Below are positions 57,844 to 64,000 of a stretch of 64,000 bases of DNA, one piece after another. The number at the start of each line of letters is the position of its first letter. Positions within the stretch are counted from its first letter, which is position 1. The notes beneath the pieces are model-generated. The model made no database searches, had not been told where the DNA came from, and saw nothing but the letters and a program-made list of their open reading frames with translations. The translations under genes and the position numbers were made by a program. Source of the DNA: a bacterium (GTDB lineage: Bacteria; Patescibacteriota; Andersenbacteria; UBA10190); contig JAUYKA010000035.1 of the NCBI GenBank assembly GCA_030698495.1, positions 8,778 through 72,777 on the forward strand, read 5' to 3'.

Positions 57844-59697
57844 TTATATCTTATACCTGAACATCCTAATCGCATTCATAATCGGCAAGAAATCCGTCGC
57901 GAAGTTATAGGCCGCCGCTTCGGCCGGGCCCATCATTTTGGCGAAGACCAAATACATTCCCAGCAAATTAACCGCGCCCCAAATCACAAAATTCTGGCGG
58001 CTGATAGACACGGCAGCCTTGCCGATTTTTCTCGCCTCGGCGACTTTCATTAAATCATCCTGCATTAACGCCACATCCGCCGCTTCTATCGCCGCGTCCG
58101 ATCCCACCGCCCCCATCGCCACGCCAATATCCGCCAGCGCCAAAGCAGCCGCGTCGTTGACTCCATCACCCACCATCACCAGCTTACCCGGACGCTTCAA
58201 TAATGCTTTGACCCGTTCCAGTTTATCCGCCGGAGTCAGATTCGCCGCGAAAGAATCCAATTTCAGATCACCGGCCACTTTTCCCGCCACTTTATCATTG
58301 TCTCCCGTTAACATCACCATATATTCCATCCCTTCGCGGCGCAGCGCCGCCAGTGCCGCGCGCGCTTGCGGCCTTATCGCGTCGGCACAAACAATCACCC
58401 CCGCCAGCCCTTGGCCGCGGCCAACATAAACCAGCGCCCCCGCTTGACGACTCTGTTGGTCATCAACCGCCCGTTCTTGTTCATCCGTCACTACAACACC
58501 TTCTTTTTCCACGTAATCCCGCCGACCGCAATATACCTTTTCTTCACCGTATTGCGCCCAGCTTCCCTGCCCGGCTACCTGACCGAATTTCTTCGGTTCA
58601 TCCCAGGCAATACCCCTTGCCTTGGCATAATCGAGTATCGCCCGGGCCAACAAATGTGACGAGAAAGAATCTGTCGCCGCCGCCATCTTTATTACCTCCT
58701 CCTTTGTAAACTTGCCGAAAGTAATTACATCAATAACCTTCACTCTGCCAGCAGTTAATGTCCCCGTCTTATCGAAAACAACTGTTTTGGCTTTCGTTAA
58801 TCCTTCCAGGAACGCGCCGCCCTTGACGATGATGCCGCGCCGCGCCGCCCTCCCCAGCGCCGCCGAAAATGTCAACGGCACCGCCACGGCAATATCGTCG
58901 GCACACGCCACCAACAGCAACGCCAGCACTAAACGTAAATCCCTCGTTGTCACGTACAGCACTATCGCCGCGGTAAAAACAATCACAATATATCCGGCCG
59001 CGAACCGACTGCCCAAAGTCTGTATAGGCCCCTTACTATCCCGCGCGCTTTTAACCAGCTTCACCATTTTCTCAAAAGTCGTATCTTTCCCCACTTTTTC
59101 CGCCCGCACCACTATTGTCCCTTCCACTACTACCGTCGCGCTTAATACTTTTTGTCCGACACCCCGCGACACCGGTAAAGACTCACCCGTCAAAGACGCC
59201 TGATCAATCGATGCCGCGCCCTCTACTGCCTCACCGTCCACCGGCACCTGCTCACCCAACTGCACCACCACTAAATCGCCGACTCTAACCCGGCCAATCG
59301 GCAGCATCACTATCGTTCCGTCAAGACGTCTGATTCTAGCCTGATGAGGACGCAGTTTCAATAAACCCGCAATCGCCGTCCGCGATTTACCCTCCGTATA
59401 TGCGGAAAAAATCCTTGCCGCCGTTAACATTAAATTAATAAATACTGCTGATGCCCATTCCGCCGCCAACAACGACGCCACTAGCGCCACGCTGGCCAGT
59501 AAATCAACGGTTATTTCCCGCCGTTTTAGCGCCTGCCAGGCGCTAACCACTACCGGAAAGGTTGCCAGTCCGGCTATCGCCACTAAAACCGTTTCGTTAA
59601 ACTCACGCGGCAAAAAACCAAGATAATAATTCACCAGCACCGCTACCAGTGTCGCGGCTAAATACTTATCAATTCTTTTCCAATTTATTCGCCTCAT
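57844..59697 (-). CDS. P1B-type cation-translocating ATPase
   Basis: TGES, DKTGT, LTGD, GDGVNDA; TM motif ACADD instead of CPC. Confidence 0.92.
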   Translation of the reverse strand: MRRINWKRIDKYLAATLVAVLVNYYLGFLPREFNETVLVAIAGLATFPVVVSAWQALKRREITVDLLASVALVASLLAAEWASAVFINLMLTAARIFSAYTEGKSRTAIAGLLKLRPHQARIRRLDGTIVMLPIGRVRVGDLVVVQLGEQVPVDGEAVEGAASIDQASLTGESLPVSRGVGQKVLSATVVVEGTIVVRAEKVGKDTTFEKMVKLVKSARDSKGPIQTLGSRFAAGYIVIVFTAAIVLYVTTRDLRLVLALLLVACADDIAVAVPLTFSAALGRAARRGIIVKGGAFLEGLTKAKTVVFDKTGTLTAGRVKVIDVITFGKFTKEEVIKMAAATDSFSSHLLARAILDYAKARGIAWDEPKKFGQVAGQGSWAQYGEEKVYCGRRDYVEKEGVVVTDEQERAVDDQQSRQAGALVYVGRGQGLAGVIVCADAIRPQARAALAALRREGMEYMVMLTGDNDKVAGKVAGDLKLDSFAANLTPADKLERVKALLKRPGKLVMVGDGVNDAAALALADIGVAMGAVGSDAAIEAADVALMQDDLMKVAEARKIGKAAVSISRQNFVIWGAVNLLGMYLVFAKMMGPAEAAAYNFATDFLPIMNAIRMFRYKI

Positions 59698-59776
59698 AAG
59701 CCTTCACTATACTATATTTATAACTTCTTCGGATAAAAAAAGAGCCCCGCCCTCAAGCGAAGCTCGGTGCAGCCAT

Positions 59777-60157
59777 CTACTCCGTCTTTACTTTCGGCCA
59801 CTGCGGCAAATCAGATGGCATTGGCAGCGGTTTTCTGGGCGAATCCGGCAGAAACTTGCGATACAAAAGCTTTACCAACTCACAAGCGCCGCACCGCCAA
59901 CACAATCTATAGACACCGATGTACACCCACCTGTCATCGTCCGGATGTCCTGTTTTGAGCCACTTCTGATACGTCAACCCGCTGCCGCAACAACCGCACC
60001 GACCGCGCCAATCGCTGATTACCCGCCACAACCAAAATAGCCAATATCCTCCCAACAGCGCCGCCAACAAGAAGAAAAACGACAAGTGAATCGCCGCCAA
60101 AAAGACCAGAGTCAACCCCACTGCCGCCGCCAGATGAATCAAAAACCAGCGTCCCAT
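59777..60157 (-). CDS. Orphan two-TM protein with Cys-rich (Zn ribbon-like) tail
   Basis: GGAGG SD; CGCCG and CWRCG. Confidence 0.6.
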   Translation of the reverse strand: MGRWFLIHLAAAVGLTLVFLAAIHLSFFFLLAALLGGYWLFWLWRVISDWRGRCGCCGSGLTYQKWLKTGHPDDDRWVYIGVYRLCWRCGACELVKLLYRKFLPDSPRKPLPMPSDLPQWPKVKTE

Positions 60158-60270
60158 GGCAATATCCTCCAGGAATTTCTAAAGTACCAAACCCCTCTAA
60201 CCCTATACCACCAAACACCTATTAACAAGACACTAAACACAACGGACAAAAAAGTGTTACTATATAAAAG

Positions 60271-60501
60271 ATGTACTCCCGCCGCTTGGAAATATTTCTT
60301 GAGTTTTTAATCTTCGGAATTATTATGGGTGTAATCGAAGACCTTATCGCTATTACGCTAGTCACCAAGGACCCTATTACCTGGCGTACCTTTATCGTCG
60401 CTACTGCTGTCGCCATTCCCTTCGCTTTTCTCGGCGAATATATTGTCGACCGTAAACACCTTATCCCCGTTAGACCAACCGAAAAAGAAAAACGCCGCTA
60501 G
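60271..60501 (+). CDS. Small two-TM membrane protein
   Basis: EFLIFGIIMGVIEDLIA..AIPFAFLGE hydrophobic pattern. Confidence 0.7.
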   Translation: MYSRRLEIFLEFLIFGIIMGVIEDLIAITLVTKDPITWRTFIVATAVAIPFAFLGEYIVDRKHLIPVRPTEKEKRR

Positions 60502-60545
60502 TGGATAGTTTCCGATCCAGGCGCTAATTTTTATCACAAAAAAAA

Positions 60546-60647
60546 TCAGCTGCCGCCCAACACCCAACCAACAAAAAGACTGATCATCGCTATCAAAAAA
60601 ATAAACAAGGACACCGCCACCACTCCCCTTACTAGTTTTTTAAGCAT
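60546..60647 (-). CDS. 33-aa single-TM peptide (MLKKLVRGVVAVSLFIFLIAMISLFVGWVLGGS)
   Basis: Manual translation; starts 11 nt after the oxidoreductase stop with a G-rich SD. Confidence 0.5.
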   Translation of the reverse strand: MLKKLVRGVVAVSLFIFLIAMISLFVGWVLGGS

Positions 60648-60658
60648 ACCCCCCTACC

Positions 60659-61951
60659 TTAAAGCTCAAACTCCTCCGAGTAAATATCTTTTGCTGCCAC
60701 TCCCACTTCCCGCAATTGACGGCGCAAACTGGCCATCATTGGCAAAGGACCGCACAGGAAAAACGACTTCCCCGGCAAATCCTCACTCAATATCTCCCTT
60801 ATTCTTGCCACCGTTATCCTACCGTAGGTATCGGAAAACCAGTTAAATACTCTTAAGCTACCACTGGTACCTGCCAAGGCATCCGTCAAAGCAATTGCGT
60901 CATCTTTATTGCGCGTGGCGTAAAAAAGATCCACGACTGGAGCTTTCTCACCGCCGTAGCGCATCTGTTTCGCCATACTGATAAACGGCGTAATGCCGAT
61001 GCCGCCCGCGATCCACACTTGTCTTTTTGCGTCAACATTACGCGGCCAGAAACGTCCGTACGGACCCTGCACTCGCACTAATGTTCCCGGTCGCACCTGC
61101 CTTAGCTGGCTCGTAAAATTTCCCAGATTCTTCACCGTCACCGCCAATATTTTCTCTGCCGGATGTGAACTCATGGAAAACGGGTGCGCCTCCGCCAACG
61201 CTCCCGTGCCGACAAAACTAAACCAGGCAAACTGTCCCGGATAGTACGGCATTCTCTCTCCTCGCGCCGTCATTAAAACCCGGAAGATACTACCGTTTAT
61301 CCCTAGTACACCCTTAACTTCATATACATATTTACGATGCTTATTAAGCACCGAGTGATAAACAAAAAATACTAGCGCCGAAACAACCAGCGCCAGCATG
61401 TATCCGCGCAACCATATATTTCGCGATATGTCGCTGGGCATCAATAAAATATGTAAACCGGCCAAGAAAAAAGCCAACCCCAAAAACTTATGGGTAAACT
61501 TCCAAAGCTGATACCCCGGACGAAAATAAAAAGTCAGAACCAGCAGAATAATCATTAACCCCAGCGCCAACCAGCCTAGCGCTATCGGCAAGCTGGCTGC
61601 CGGCCAAACTGACAATGCCGCGTCTCGTATTGAAAACGGCAACAGCTTTACCGCCGATAGTACCGGATGGAGTAAAAGCAGCACCAGCGCTGTGCCTCCC
61701 AATAAATGATGGATCACATACATCCGGCTTAAACCCCCGAAATAGTCTTCAAAAAAAGACATGCGCGCGCCTAAAATCAGGACAACCGTAAACAACGCCA
61801 TACCAGTCAATCCGGCCAGCTGCGCCAAACTAGTTAGCGAATTGGTAAAATCGCTAAAGCGCTGCGACCAAGGCAGCATCGCGCTCCACAACAACGCCGG
61901 TATGACCGTTACCGCGAATACCGCCGCCGGCCCCCAGTTTTTCTCCAACAT
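60659..61951 (-). CDS. Ferric reductase-like TM plus FNR-type oxidoreductase
   Basis: Heme His residues in TMs, HPFS, GPYG, AGGIGITP, CGP, EEF. Confidence 0.9.
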   Translation of the reverse strand: MLEKNWGPAAVFAVTVIPALLWSAMLPWSQRFSDFTNSLTSLAQLAGLTGMALFTVVLILGARMSFFEDYFGGLSRMYVIHHLLGGTALVLLLLHPVLSAVKLLPFSIRDAALSVWPAASLPIALGWLALGLMIILLVLTFYFRPGYQLWKFTHKFLGLAFFLAGLHILLMPSDISRNIWLRGYMLALVVSALVFFVYHSVLNKHRKYVYEVKGVLGINGSIFRVLMTARGERMPYYPGQFAWFSFVGTGALAEAHPFSMSSHPAEKILAVTVKNLGNFTSQLRQVRPGTLVRVQGPYGRFWPRNVDAKRQVWIAGGIGITPFISMAKQMRYGGEKAPVVDLFYATRNKDDAIALTDALAGTSGSLRVFNWFSDTYGRITVARIREILSEDLPGKSFFLCGPLPMMASLRRQLREVGVAAKDIYSEEFEL

Positions 61952-62071
61952 GTCATATGAATAACAGCTTGCCAGTTTATTGACAAGATAATTCCAAACA
62001 TTTTAAAAATCGTCCGCGCTCTTACTTCAAGAACACGGACGTATATTATTGCCCCGACCGGAAAACCCACA

Positions 62072-62581
62072 CTAAGCGCCGATTTCGCGTCGGACCATTT
62101 GATACCCCTTGGCGCATAGACGAAAGTCACTCGCTACCTCTATCAGAACCTGGCCGCTTACCGCCTCCAAACAACCGGCTTCCGGTGCCGGCAGACCATC
62201 TACCTTACTGGCATCGCGAAAAACTCTGATGCCCAGCTGTTCCAAAAGCATTGCTGCTCTCGCCCGTCTTCGGCCATTGATCATGTCGGGACAAAACCCC
62301 AACACAACCAAAATTGCGTTACCCAGCTGCACCAATTCCAGGCGCCATTGAACTTCGGTTGGCGTTAATGGTAACTCGTAAAGAGCAATTGCCTTGTTCA
62401 TCAAATACGCCGTCGGCCAGGACAAGAAAGGCGCGTCAGCGGCGTAAATATGCGCCACCAAAACATCCTCCAGATAGTACACAACCGTAGCGTTGGCCAG
62501 ACACAATTGCCGCTGAAAAACATCCTCAACCAACCCGCGCACAAACTGCTCCGGCTTGGTTACAATCAGATTCGTTTTCAT
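62072..62581 (-). CDS. Hypothetical helical protein
   Basis: AAGGAG SD; 169-aa open frame. Confidence 0.6.
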   Translation of the reverse strand: MKTNLIVTKPEQFVRGLVEDVFQRQLCLANATVVYYLEDVLVAHIYAADAPFLSWPTAYLMNKAIALYELPLTPTEVQWRLELVQLGNAILVVLGFCPDMINGRRRARAAMLLEQLGIRVFRDASKVDGLPAPEAGCLEAVSGQVLIEVASDFRLCAKGYQMVRREIGA

Positions 62582-62656
62582 GGCCAGTCTCCTTAAATTT
62601 TCCAGGGAACCACAGCTCTTTTATATATACAAATTTTACTTTCCTGTCCAGACAAA

Positions 62657-62878
62657 TTACTCGCCAATAACAATCAGCTTCTCCTTGGCTGTCTTACCTA
62701 ACTTAATATAAATCCGCGACGGCGCCACATCAAAATATTCCGCCAGCGCTTTTATAATCGCTTCGTTCGCCCGCCCGCCCTGCGGCGTCGCCGTCACCGC
62801 CACCCGATAATGTCCGTCATCAACCTTTGTGACACCCGTTTCCCCCGCCCTTGTTTTAGCCGTCACTATAATTTTCAT
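62657..62878 (-). CDS. DUF167 (YggU-like) protein
   Basis: PQGGRANEAIIKALAEYF..G.TAKEK. Confidence 0.88.
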   Translation of the reverse strand: MKIIVTAKTRAGETGVTKVDDGHYRVAVTATPQGGRANEAIIKALAEYFDVAPSRIYIKLGKTAKEKLIVIGE

Positions 62879-62913
62879 GGCCTACTTTAACTGAAAACTA
62901 CAAATCAGATTCC

Positions 62914-63945
62914 TCACGCTTCATATTCAAAACCCTCCCCCGGAAAAAGAAGCTTTATATCAATTCCTTTTAATTCACCAGGATACTGCCTGTAAATATT
63001 CTCCGCGTAATCAAACGTGCTGTTCTCCAGCTCCTCGCGATTGGACATAAACTTAAATAAATGCATCGGCACCACCACTTTCGGACTAATGTCGCGAATA
63101 TCGTAAGCAGCCACTTTCACATTACACAAAAAAACGTCCACACCGCTGTGCGCCAGTGCCGCCTTCTCATTTTTATACTTAAAATTTATGCCGTCGCCCG
63201 TATGCAGAATTTTAAATCCATCCGTCTCCACCAGATACCACGCATTTGGTTCGTTAAAATTACCATCCACTCTATGGTCCGTTTGCAAAGCCGTTATCTT
63301 CACCCCGTTTATATCAACCGGCTGACCATCCTTTAGATAGTAAATATTAGACCAATTCTCGCTCTCATACATAAACCGGAAGCCCTCCGGAAAAACCGCT
63401 GACTTGCCGTTCTGCAAAGCTTTTTTTAATAAAGTTGGATTGTAATGGTCCATATCGGCATGCGTCACCAAAAATATATCGGCAATATCTGCCAGCCTTT
63501 TCTGCACCACCGACTCCGGCATATCCGCCGTATCAAAAGCGATTGCCTTATTACTTGTTTTCACCACCGCCCCCATATTCATAAAACTCCAAATTCGCAT
63601 TTTCCCCGGCGCAACTGCCGTTTGATCAATATCGTCAATCGCCTGCCCCAAACTCAAATCAAAAAATTTTCTTTGATTACCTAAAAACAAATGTAACAGC
63701 GTCGGCGTCTTGCCCGTATCCCGCGGCAGCCAAACCGCCAGATATTTTTCCAGATCGCGCGACAACTCCACCCTCTCTTCGGTTAAAACATTCGGGTCTG
63801 TCGCCGCAATACGTTCGTGCAGCCTCACCGCCGACCGCGGCATGTAAAGATAATAGCCGACGCAAATCAAAACAATAACCAGCAAAACAAGAAAATCTTT
63901 AATCAGCCCCCTCGCCAGCTTGTTCATATTTAAAAAATACCACAC
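62914..63945 (-). CDS. Membrane-anchored MBL-fold metallo-hydrolase
   Basis: VTHADMDH, HTGD, VPMH; N-terminal TM helix. Confidence 0.85.
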   Translation of the reverse strand: MWYFLNMNKLARGLIKDFLVLLVIVLICVGYYLYMPRSAVRLHERIAATDPNVLTEERVELSRDLEKYLAVWLPRDTGKTPTLLHLFLGNQRKFFDLSLGQAIDDIDQTAVAPGKMRIWSFMNMGAVVKTSNKAIAFDTADMPESVVQKRLADIADIFLVTHADMDHYNPTLLKKALQNGKSAVFPEGFRFMYESENWSNIYYLKDGQPVDINGVKITALQTDHRVDGNFNEPNAWYLVETDGFKILHTGDGINFKYKNEKAALAHSGVDVFLCNVKVAAYDIRDISPKVVVPMHLFKFMSNREELENSTFDYAENIYRQYPGELKGIDIKLLFPGEGFEYEA

Positions 63946-64000
63946 CCGAAATTTTTATCCCACCACGTTAATCGACATCCAAAAAAAGAAACCGCCGATC

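Overview
A gene-dense bacterial chromosome segment that looks like Patescibacteria (CPR). The lineage call is an inference from eukaryote-type GlyRS, CPR-style pilin/TrmB/DUF11 proteins and frequent leaderless starts; the exact lineage cannot be fixed from sequence alone. Standard code 11 is used (several genes end in TGA). Core genes include ftsA/ftsZ, ybeY, rpsU, hisS, lepB, pth, mfd, dprA, topA, parA/parB, tRNA-Leu(CAA), ugd, leuS, rarA, tatD, glyQS, tgt, recO, ileS and argS, interspersed with orphan genes. The most unusual signals are non-coding. (1) A ~490-nt multi-domain structured RNA at ~13965-14463 (-) has its own consensus promoter and poly-U end and hides a sequestered-SD 32-aa ORF; a second ~110-nt rod sRNA with an anti-SD loop follows it. 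(2) An RNase H-fold/DUF3800-like gene has a convergent, separately promoted hairpin sRNA. (3) A three-copy junction-containing structured repeat shows clear covariation. Also notable are an IMPase-fold + variant PurM + NUDIX trio, a Zn-motif-less TGT, a P1B ATPase with a CAD motif, and an in-frame palindromic insertion in ileS. All structures were read by eye; no folding program or database search was run.
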